A stretch of DNA of 64,000 nucleotides from Botryllus schlosseri (taxonomy: Eukaryota): contig CM119379.1 in NCBI GenBank assembly GCA_051294905.1, positions 25,606,001 to 25,670,000 of the forward strand, read 5' to 3'. The notes beneath the pieces were generated by a model, which ran no database searches, had not been told where the DNA came from, and saw only the letters and a program-made list of their open reading frames with translations. Shown piece by piece: positions 24,601 to 36,600 of the stretch. The position numbers and the translations under genes were made by a program. The stretch's first letter is position 1; each line of letters starts with the position of its first letter.

Positions 24601-27600
24601 CAGGTATAATTTTCCCGACAACGTCCGTTTCAGTAAGATAGATTCTCGACATTGGCAATTCTCGGTAATGTCCATTCTCGGTAATGTCCATTCTCGGTAT
24701 TGTCCATATTCTCGGTAATGACCATTCTCGGTGGTGTCCATTCTCGGTAATGTCCATTCTCGGTGGTGTCCATTCTCGGTAATGTCCATTCTCTGTTGTG
24801 TCAATTCTCGGTAATGTCCATTCTCTGTGGTGTCCATTCTCGGTAATGTCCATTCTCGGTGGTGTCAATTCTCGGTAATGTCCATTCTCGGTGGTGTCAA
24901 TTCTCGGCTCTGTCCATTCTCTGTGGTGTCAATTCTCTGTAATGTCCATTCTCTGTGGTGTCAATTCTCGGTAATGTCCATTCTCTGTGGTGTCAATTCT
25001 CGGTTCTGTCCATTCTCTGTGGTGTCAATTCTCGGTAATGTCCATTCTCTGTGGTGTCAATTCTCGGTAATGTCCATTCTCTGTGGTGTCAATTCTCGGT
25101 AATGTTCATTCTCTGTGGTGTCCATTCTCTGTAATGTCCATTCTCGGTAATAGCGTTCTCGGTAATGTCCGTTCTCGGTAATGGTTTTCTCGGTATTGGT
25201 ATAGAACCATTTAATTGTTTTTGCGAAATCTAAATCGGTCAAAGATTCCGTTGCAATCGTTTTAATTCGAATCCGATCTGGTGCGTCTGAATATCATCTA
25301 GTCGTGAAATAGACGACGTCGAATTCACAAATTGTGTTTAGTCAGATTACCGGAAACGCAGGCATAATGGAAGCGGACGATACGTCATAATCACGTTGTC
25401 TCGTATCAATCTTGACGATTGCGCAACGATTAGAAATCGGCTAGTCATCCGCTAGGCCTCGGCGCGTAAAACTAGGCCAAGCGCATAGTACATGGACAGT
25501 ACAAACTACTCATGTGGTTAATTAACAGTCCACAAACTACCGTCTTGTTGCGTGGTTCTGGTTCTAGTAGTGGGCTTAAAAATATTTTAGTCGTCGAACG
25601 ACAAAAAAATCCGTGTCGTCGCGTGGCGTGAATCGTGATACCGATGTTCTGTTGTGGTAAAATGGAAACTAATGAGTTGCTTCGGAACTGTATCTAGCTG
25701 GTCGCGTTTTAGTGAATTACTTGTGGATTTCTAAAGGTTGGTTGCTAGTACTAGCTGCTAGTTTCGAAAGGTGAATAGTTGTAATTCCAGCGCTAGATGC
25801 GAGTTTTGAAAAGTCGAGAATTAGATTACCGACATTTTTCTCTTAATAGGTCTAATTACACAGATCGAATTATCTAGCCTGAGCTGTGCGTTGCAAAACA
25901 CCTGACACATATTTACGAGATAGCTCGTCTTCCGGTGACGACTGTGACGTAACCACGACCCCCGCGTAGAAAGACAACGAAATATCGCACACCAAATATC
26001 CACATGACGTCCGCTTGATTCCGAAACAAGGCAACAGCATATGCGCCGAGATTTTTTATCAAAAGTGACACGCGCACTGTATATAGTACACGCCAGAAAT
26101 AGACGTCGCGTTCTATGTAATGTAAACGAGGACGCGAACACGCCAGATGGCTGCTCCGTGACGCTTCCGAGTCGCACGGTCATGAATTTTTCAGGCGTAA
26201 TATCGATATTGCTGTTTCATTACGAAAGAGAAAATGGGAGAATTGGGAAGTGTTCTCGCGCGAAATTAGGAATATTGGATATTGCTGAGGCTTAGGCAAA
26301 ATCGAACGTCTGAGCGTCGAGTCCTAATATATGTGCCTTTTACGCTACCGCAAAGAATTTAACGCAGGTTTTACATCACATTAAAGATAATTTGGTATTT
26401 TTTCGACCAAGCCTGTTCTATTGCACTTATTCAAAATGATTAATGGGTTGATATGTAATTTTCACTGAACGTACGTAGCTTTGTACAATGTTCCGTATGC
26501 TGCGATATGACGGATCGAAGTTTGAAGGCTTCCATAGTGGAAATTACTATCAAAACTACGAATTTCGTTGAGAGTATAATTCCAACACCACAAAACATAT
26601 AGGTTCTAGGTATCCCCTGGCTGAAGCCGCACTTATAACAGCGACCATGAGTCGCTTCTGATTCAAATCAATACTGCAAATAGCAACCAATAAGACGCCT
26701 AGCATTATTATATCTCGTACGCCTAATATGAATACGGAGTGTGGTTGAATGTGTTTCTGATTCTAGTTAGCCTCTCGTAACAGAAATCGTCGTCCAACAC
26801 GCAGATGAAGATAAAACCGATCAACTATAAGCCATAAACTAATAGATCCCGTGGAAAGCTCGAATATGAATCGCGTGAAACGACAGCCGGTAACAACTAT
26901 CTTCTAGGCCAGTGGCTTTAAATGTTTCCAGTATAGACGGGCCGGTAGAATTTCAAAACAGAACCCAACTTTCTACATGGCGTAATCCTGTTGACAGCAC
27001 TGACTCGATTTTGCCTGTTGAGTTTGTTTTGTAAGACATGCCACCACCATTTGACCGATATTATTTTCTCGCATTTTGGAAATCATCTACTGTCTGTCTG
27101 TCTTAAACGAATCGCAGGCTTCTTTCCAACAGTTTGACACAACACATTCGGCATTACGACGTGAAATAAGTCTAAAGGAAGGACACCAACATCTCGTCGG
27201 AGACCGTTTATAATTTCGAAGTCACTTGAAAATTTTGTGCTTTATTTGACAATCACTGCTGTTCCAGATACCGCACCGCACTATATCAACATCATACCTT
27301 CAACGCGAATTGATTGGTCGTTTGCGTCCGTTGCGGGCGCCGGCTTTTTCTCCGCGGGCTCGTCCTGTCGTAAGTCAGTTATGTCGAGTACCTCAGGCTA
27401 GAAAAACAGGAATAAAACGCACGGATTATGCAATTCCTTAAGCAAAAATCACAGAATAAGGTCTCTTAAGGCTCTTTCACAAAGCGCCCCCTGGGCAACG
27501 AACCAGGAACCAAACAATCCACACAATATTTGCCTGTTCTCAGTGCACAGTTCGAGCTGCGAATTTAGGGATTTCCCGGGATTCCAACCAAGTCACAAGA

Positions 27601-30600
27601 TTCCGAGTTACAAGTCAATCTCACTTTTGTCGTTTTGACTCGAGTCGAGCGGTGTCTCTCGCTTAAAGCTTTTAATCCCAGGCAAAAAAGCCATGTTCAC
27701 ATAGTCTGGAGGATGCAAATGGTTTTGCACCATTCATTTTGTAGAAGCAGCTTTATTTTTTTTTAAAACAAGAATTTTCGTCAATTAATTTTGGTGATCT
27801 TCTGCTGAAATATCGCTTGATTTATTACGATGCCATAATGGGTTTCATCGTGATTATTTATCAGCTGTCGAAGAAGTGAGAGTGCATTTAAGTCGCATGT
27901 GCTGGTCTTCGGGCCTTTTTGAAAATATTTCTATGATTTACTTGAAAAAATACAACAATATTCGCGGCACACCTAAGGGTATGTGGCGGCACACAGTTTG
28001 GGAATCACTGGGTTACGCTGTAAGAGACATAAGAAGTTTGAAGAAGCAAACGTTACCTTGCTATCAGTGAGAGAATCGTCGTGAACTTCTACATCCCTCC
28101 CACCATCTTCCAACTCATATTCTACCACTTTCTCGCTTTTTTCCCTGAAAACACTAAACAATAGAGAATAGAAAACGCATCGGCACACGCAGACTGATAC
28201 CTCTCCCGAAGCATGGTCGCAATTTCGCTCGCTTTTTCCTTAAACTGTTCGATGGCGGTGTCTCTCTCTTTGATGGCCACGGCGAGCTGCTCGTGGACTT
28301 GGTCATAATCGTGTCTCAACTGCCAAATATTTCCATGTTGTGTCAGGGTTGTAATGACACAAGTCAATATTTCAGTTTTTGAATTGCGCATGACTCGAAC
28401 CAAGTCATATGACTCGAGACTAGGACGGCCAAGACCTACATTTCATTGTAACTTCGAATTATAAAGTCACCACATAATTGGTATTTCGTGTATCAGTCCT
28501 GATACTTGGAAAATAGGACCAGAAACTGTTGAGACTCAAAAAAATTACGATATTATGAATGCGAGCCATTCTATATCACTCGAGCAGAGTAGAAAAAAGC
28601 GGGCTGAACCGAATTGAACTGAAAACTGAACATAATGACTTGGATTCGGACACGACTCAAAACACTTTGACTCGGACTCAACCCTCTGCCAGCTGACTTG
28701 GACTCGGTGGTGAATTACGACATGCATTAAAAGCTTCTAAATCGAGGTTTTTCGTTCCGCCGGATATTTTTAGGCAAGGATGAGGTGACTGGATACTGGT
28801 ACCATAAATCTCAACAGGTATGTTGGAATTATTCACTTCAAACACACATCATAAAATAAAATTCCTGTTGTAAAAGGTTGCAACGACCAAGTCACAGAAA
28901 CCTGTTCTTATGAGGTGCTCATCGTGGATATTGGTGGTTTTTCAATAAAAATACCGGAAGACACCAAGGAAGTGCCTTTCCAAAACACCTATTTCCCTCA
29001 CCTGTTCAAACGAGCTTTTCAATTCGTTCATTTTGATATTCGTGTCGCTGGCTTCCACCTTGGCGATCTGCAACTGCGATTCCTGAAGCAGAATTGTGAC
29101 CCGAGATAAGTGACATAGCAAGCAGTAAGCTTTGCTGCCAAGCACGCAGTCAATTCTACACATTACAAGTACAATTAGCGATTCCACAGACATACTACAG
29201 AAAAGTGGTTCTCAACTACTGGTCCGTGGTTATTTTCGTGCAGGTCCGCCAGATATATTAGAATTTTATATCGCGATTCAAAAATGCGATAAGTTCGGCG
29301 ATTGTCCATTAATGATAGAAATAAAACGTATTTTGAATTTATATTTGAAAAGCTCCTTGGAGGTACAGAACTTCAATATACAATTGAATACTATATTCAT
29401 ATTGAAATAAACCCGAATATTTTCGGCTGACACTCGTCAGGGGCAATCGTCAGCAACTGGTAAGTTTGCCTAAAAAAACGCTGCACAACAAATTTGGATC
29501 GATTCCGACTGGTAGATGTGAATATGCAGGAGTTTAAAAATTTTGAATTTAACATAAAATTTTTTTTTTTTCAAATTTTGTTGTCAACCCCATGAAATTG
29601 TGGTCTAAAAGAACAATGCTTAACAATTTTTGCTCACTTCAAACTGCCAGACGAAGTGATTGCAGTTGAAATCCCAGAATTATTAATGAAAAACCCAAAT
29701 AACTTTGGATCTACGGGTTGCAACTGCGTCAAATTTGTTTTGCATGGTTTTTGTAGACAACTCAACAATTTCGTGGGGTTGACCGTAAAATTAAAAAAAA
29801 TTTCGGCGTTTTTTCACCAACCTAACAATTTAATCGGTGAATCCCCGTAAGCTGTAAGTAAAAGTTAATTTCGAGCAACCCTACTAAACACACAATCATT
29901 GGAGTCGGTAGTGCAATTAGTTGAAAAATGTAGAAGCAATTAATTACCGACCGACCACCTCTGAAACAAATTTGGCCTTACCAGATTGACCGTTTGCAGA
30001 CAAGACTCGTTGTTCGCCTTCTCCAAATCCGCGCATTTCTTCTGCACGATCTCCAGCTCCGATTTCAAATCTTGAACGGTACGCCCCGCCAAGGCGTGGC
30101 CCGCTTCTTCGTATTCGGCCAGCTGTCGCCTGAGAGCCCGGTTCGTGTCTTCCAGAATTTTTTGCCGCGCGGTCACAGGCATGGACAGCGAACGGATGGT
30201 AACCTGAATACAGTAATAAGTCTGTGATCAAAAATACAAGGACAAGCTATTTGTGAAACTACAACAAGCTATTTCATTATAATGTTTATTTACATATATA
30301 TCAAATATATAAAATTATATAAATGTCAAAACTATTTTTTTTTCAAATTTTACTGGCAACTTGATAAAATTGTTAGGTTGCCTAAAACAACGGTGCACAC
30401 CAATTTTGACTCAATTTCAACCTATAGAAGCATTGCCATATAAGAAAAAAAGTGTTGCATTTATTTAATAAAAATTAATATAAAAATTTTTCAAATTTCA
30501 CTGGATACCGCATGAAATTGTTAGGTTGCCTGAAAAAATGACGAACAACAAATTTCGCTCAATTCCAACCCGTAGAAGCAAAGTTATCGAGCTACAAAAT

Positions 30601-33600
30601 TTTGGATTTGAAACAAATAGTATTTACCGAGGCAAATTCTTTACATATTTATAATAGATCCACCCACCGTAAGTACCATGATTTAAAATTCCAAATTTGT
30701 AACAGCCCAATATTAACGCATCCCCTTAGCAGCACGTGTTAACAATGTAATTCACGGCTTTCAATTTAGAAATAAAACTGCACACCACAGAATAGAGTCC
30801 ATAGACATAGACTGAATTAAAAATGAGACCGGAACATGAAAATCAACTGACCTTTTTACTGCCACTGGCAGCTAGCTTTTGCAACCGTAGAGACTCCTTT
30901 TGTGACTGCTTCAAGGCTGCTTCTAGCGACGGCCCTCCATTCTAGGAATAGCAACAAATCTGATTGCCATTCTTTTCTATATGTAGCATAGAATATTTCT
31001 AAAAATACTAATGAGATTATGGGAGTCGAAACCGATTCAATTCTGAGATAAGGCATGTTTCACTCCCATCCAAAACCTTTTAAGAATACCAATGCAACCA
31101 CTAGATGCTATAATCTTCAAGTAGTGTAATTACAGCCCGACAGAATGAAATGTCATTATTAACCATTAGAAGTAAAAAAAAAACATCGTCAATTTTCGTG
31201 ACATCACAAGATTGTAATAGGGGAGTCCGCTAATTATAATATACAACGGCTAGACTGGGAATATCAACAGGGTTGTAACCAAGTCACAAGGCTCCGAGTC
31301 ACAAGTCAATCTCACTTTTAGAGTTTTGACTCGAGTCAAGTCGAGTCATTTTCAATTCACCACCGAGTCAAGTCCGAGTCCAAGTCAGCGATCAGAGGGT
31401 CGAGTCAAAGTCATTGTGCCGACTGCTCAGTTTCCAGTTAAAGTCTTGATAAACTAACTTTTTAGAACTTTGTTTGGTGATATCGAATGGTCCGCATTTA
31501 TAATATACTAATTTTCATCACTTTCAGCAGTTTCTGATCGCATTTTCAAGTACCAGTACCAACAGACGAAATCCCAACAGTGTAGTTACTTTGTTATTCT
31601 TCAAAATTGCAATGAAATGTCGGTCTTGGCCGTCTGAGTCTCGAGTCACATGACTTGGTTCGAGTCCTGCGCAATGACTCGAGTCCAATTCGAGTCAATA
31701 CACAGAATGACTCAAGTCGAGTCACCAAAAAATCGCGACTCGAGTCGAGTCATGACTCGAGTCATTACAACCTTGAATATCAACATATTTTTTATTGCTT
31801 ATAGTAGTCCAGATGGAGACTTTCTAGCTTATTTCATGTCCAACCATAGCAATGGCTTTAAGGCTGTTCAAATATGGGTTGCAAAGTTTTAGAAATGCGC
31901 CTTCAGCTTGATACCGTATCTTTTGAATATCGGCTGAATATATCCGGGTTCTTAGTTCCATCGGTGTGGGCTCAAAAATCTGATACCGCTACTCTTAATT
32001 TCAACATGGTCACGAATTCCCATGTCTTATCGATAAAACTAACATGAAATGTGATTTAGGACATAATACACTATCACAAATTGTATTTACCACCGAAAGC
32101 TGCAAACTTTTCGCTTCGCTCAGAGCCTTCTTCAGATCCTGAATTTGATTTTTCAGGATTTTGATCTCTTTATCTCTCTCTTTCGTTTCTTTTTCGTGAT
32201 CCGTCTGGACTTGGGCCATGATCGAAGCGAAATTCTTTTTCTGCTCCAGATTATCGCCTTCCATGGCGTCGGCCTTTGAATTGCGCTGCGCAGATAGATA
32301 TGTAAGGATTGAACAAAAATACCCCACAAAATTGTTGACTTGGCTACAAGAACAATATAAAACAAATTTGACGCAACTCCAATACGTAGATAATCCAGGA
32401 ATTACCCGCCATCCAGGGCACTTTTGCGAATCCAAAATTTTCAACCATAAGAACTTCACTTCTACCGGTTGGAATTACGTCATGACATGACAAAAAAAAA
32501 GAAATACGCTGAAAATCATTTTTATTTCCTATATAATACAAATACATGTGACATTGTTGACAATCCTGGATTGCAATCTTGAGGATTTTCCAGATGAGAT
32601 TAAAATTGGGATTACTGAATTCACTAATATTCGTAAATTTTATAGCAATTATGAATTAGAAAGATATACAACAAAAATCAAGTTCATTACATATCGAACC
32701 AGAGTTCATTCTAATACGCACGAGAATGGCAAATGTCTGTACAGTGTACACCAAGCTTGAATCATTTTGCAAATACAATTGTCCAGTAGCATATTCACAT
32801 AAATCATCATTACACGAGACAGCGGTCATTATTTCTGGTGACAAGTTATTCAAAGATCAGATCAGACAATAAATTTCATTACCTCGAGTGTGGAATGAAA
32901 ATTATCCCTTAATCTATTGTTGATTCAATAGAGCGATATATCCTAGTCTTCTCTGGTAGTAGACGTTCTTATATAGAGACAGAGTGTACAACTAATTGTC
33001 TATTTAGAGCAAAATGGCATTTCTACGCTCCTGATTGTAATTCTAATCTACATTCTGGTTTTCCTGAAAATGCTGCATGAGAGCTGCATAGTGTGAAGCG
33101 TGCCAAGCTCGATGTACACTAGGGCTCTTCAAAAATGACTTTTTTTCTCAAATCGTACTGGCTGCTTGATAAAATTGTCAGGTTACGTAATTTAGGCCTA
33201 CACACCAAATTTGGTTTGATTCCAACCAGCAGCCGCATTGCTACACGAGAAGAAAGTTTCTATTCATTATATAAAAATAAATAGCAAAAAATTTGAAAAT
33301 TTTCTGTTCACCCCATGAAAGTGTTAGGTTGTGTATAGAAACGATGTTCACCAAATTTGGTTCAATTCCAACCAGTGGAAGAGGAGTTGTTGCCGTCGAA
33401 AAATTTGGATTATGAATAAAATAGTATTTACCACTGACCAATTCTTTATTTATTGTAGTGGTGCCCACCGTAAATACTATTTTATTCAAATCCAAATTTT
33501 TCGACGGCAACAACTCCGCTTCCACTGGTTGGAATTGAACCAAATTTGGTGTGCAGGCTTCAATTAGGTAACCTAACAATTTTATCAAGTAGCCAGTACG

Positions 33601-36600
33601 ATTTGAGAAAAAAAATTATTTTTGAAGACCCCTAATGTACATTGTACACACATTCTCTATCCTCATGCTTACGAGAATCAACGCCGGTTTGAGACAAACT
33701 GAAGCTGATTTTTGTTGTGTTTCTTTATAATTCTGAATTTGATTCAATTTCAAAGTTTTTGTGAATTCAGTATTTCTGATTCTAATCTAACTTGTAAGAC
33801 TGTGCACTGTGCAGATACGATTCCGTTTCTAATCTGTCTCTGCATAGCGGCAAATAAACACGACCAGCCCACGATTCTCACCCTGCAGTTTTCCAAGTGC
33901 AGATCTTTCGCCCTCTCTTCCAGCTTCTTGGCCACACTGACCAGTTCCCCGTTCCTGTGCTTGAGGTCGGCGATCTTCGCCGCTTTCTCTTTTTTTGCCT
34001 TTTTCTGAACGCGCAATCGAGTCACGAGACAGGATATTGGAATGGAGTCGTAAGAAGCTTATCAGCACATGACTTTGTGATGATCGGCTACACCGGTAAT
34101 GAGTTTGAGGGTCAATCTTGAGTTAAGACCACGCCTGAGCATGATGTACTCATTACATCACAGATATGATTCTTTCGAATAGACTGAGATTATGGACTCC
34201 TTGACGACGAGACTTAATTCACCAACAAAAATTATAGTTTCAATACTATCTTCCGCCGTGGAAGAATTGAAACTTCGGTTGGTCGTATCATAGCACGCGA
34301 AACATGTAGTTCAAAGCTACACACGTTACTGGAAATGACATATCCGCGAAGTGATCAAATCACAGCATTGTTACAAAGTGCAACGAAATAGGTACAGTCG
34401 AAAAAATACTAAATCATCTCCAGTATGATGTAGGACTGGCATTATATTATTTGCGGTCGCATAAAAGATACATACATGAATTTTCCATATCTTTCATAAT
34501 GTGGGAAATTCTTTCAATTTCATGGTAGTAAAATTTGAAATTTTTTTATTTTCATACCATAAATCCAAATCTTTCATCTTATATAGAAATGCTTCTACAC
34601 AGGTTGGAATTGAGTCAAATCTGGTGTGCAGCGTTTTTTTTCAAGCAATCTTAAAACTTTAGCAAGTAGCCAGTGATATTTTTAAAAATGATTATTTCTA
34701 AACAGCTGTATAGCTTCAAAATTTGGAATTTATTACAAAAAAATTTGGGAATTTTTTAAATGTTACTGTCAACCCCACGAAATTGCTGAGTTGTCTACAA
34801 TATACAATTGAAATAATCGAATATTTTCGGTACTGGTACTAGTTGCTGACGATTTCCCCTGACGAGTGTCAGCCGAAAATACTCGGGTTTATTTCAATAT
34901 GAATATACTACTCTATTGTATATTGAAGTTCTGTACCTCCAAGAAGCTCTTGAGTTGTCTACAAAAACGATACGAAACAAATTTGACGCAATTCCAACGC
35001 GTAGAAGCGGGTGTTATTTGAGGTTTCATTCATAATTCTGGGATCACCCACCGTCCAGTCTAGTTCTGTGAATCCAAAATTTACAACTGCGATAACTTCG
35101 CTTCTACCGGTTGAAATTGCGTCAAATTTATTTTGCATCATTTTTAATCGGTAAATCTTCGGATTCCGGGAGATAACTGTACCACTGTACTAACAATTTT
35201 CTCATTCTCCCGTTCCAGTAGATCGCATCTCCTCTGCAGCAGGAGAGCTTGCCTTTGCACTTGCTCGACTTTTTCAGCGTCGATTCTACGAGCGCCGCGT
35301 TTGGATTTTGTAGCTTGCTCGCGATCGCTCTTCCTGACGTGTCTCGATCTCTTTGGCAGCTCATCTTCTGTAACAACAACGAAGATGGCGCCGCGGCAAA
35401 AACGGGAACGGTAACCGTAGTTTTGGAAAGCCTCATAGGTTTCAGCAATAACTTTTTTTATATATTCATTTATCATCATTTATATATTCAATCTTTTTTG
35501 CGACGAACTGTACTCGGTTTGGTACAAAAATATCATTACCTGTGGAGGAGGACACATCCCTTCTTGTCTCCTTGGTTGAGCTGCGTATTGGCGCTGCGGA
35601 ATAGCGATCTCGTGCCAGGCTCCTGTAGTCTGGAAGTTTATCCATCGATCGCGCGCTAGACAAAAATATTCAATACCTTAATACGACATAGCCAGATGAA
35701 TGTAGAGCACAGGTTTGTAATGTCTCGAATGGCAATATTTTAGTCACTCGACTTGAGTCATAATCTTATACATGGAAAACGACTCGACTCGTAATCGAGT
35801 CATTGTCTGTTAGGGTTGTTCAAAAATAACTTTTTATCACAGATTCCGGGGATTTACTGATTAAATTATTAGGTTACCTAAAACAACACTGCACACCAAA
35901 TTTGACTCGATTCCAACAAGTAGATGTGAACTCACAGGAGTTTGAAATTGTTAAGTTGTATAAAAGAACAATGCTTACAAATTTTTGCTTACTTCTAACT
36001 GATTATTGCAGTTGAAAATTTTGGATTCGCACGACGGTGGGTAATCCCAGAATTATGAATGAAAATTTCAAATAACTTTGCTTCTACCGGTCGGAATCGC
36101 GTCAAATTTGTTTTGATTTGTTTTTGCAGACAATTCGACAATTTCACGGGGTTGGCAGTAGAATTTGAAAAAAAATTTTTTGTTATTTTATAATAAATTC
36201 AAAATTTTCAAACTCCTGTGCGCAGTGTCGTTGGTGCTCAAGTACAGGTAGACGTAATGTAAAAGTCACGACGAATGGACGTTTCAGGGTGAAAACTAGT
36301 ATCAAAACTATATTTTTTGTTGATAAATCAAGTCTTGGTGTTGGTGTAATTTTTACTAATTAATGAAGTATTGTGCTTCTTGTTTTCTCCACAATGGAAA
36401 AATATTACCGAAACTATTACTCGCGTTAATAAATTTACTCAAAGTGGCAAGGATATCATAATTTCCATACTCGACCCGAATCATTAGAATTAATACTCAG
36501 ATTCGTGCTCGATACTCAGCACTGAAATCATTGTGCTCAGCCCTACCGTTAATCAGTTACCTCAGTTTGAAGCCTACCTGAATGAATGCCCGTTGCTCTC

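Larger units (their letters stand above)
19239..25208 (+). mobile_element. Full-length Mutator-like (MULE) DNA transposon with tandem-repeat foldback arms, 5970 bp, in RIMBP intron
   Basis: Perfect 9-bp TSD ATTTAATTG at 19230-19238 and 25209-25217. Termini GGTGTCCGGACAATACCGAGAAAACCATTACCGAGAA and (revcomp) GGTTCTATACCAATACCGAGAAAACCATTACCGAGAA. Internal FLYWCH plus MULE transposase. Confidence 0.95.
275..36215. repeat. Truncated family A copies at ~275-373, 1846-2245, 4400-4925, 9915-9965, 12785-12985, 29462-29883, 30335-30710, 32310-32520, 34530-35145, 35811-36215
   Basis: Same subrepeat sequence, one or both termini missing. The span given covers all the listed pieces. Confidence 0.8.

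Noticed and set aside
25821-26295. 120-aa and 84-aa opposing ORFs in the CpG-rich intron segment
   Set aside because: No domain similarity or splice support; expected by chance in GC-richer DNA
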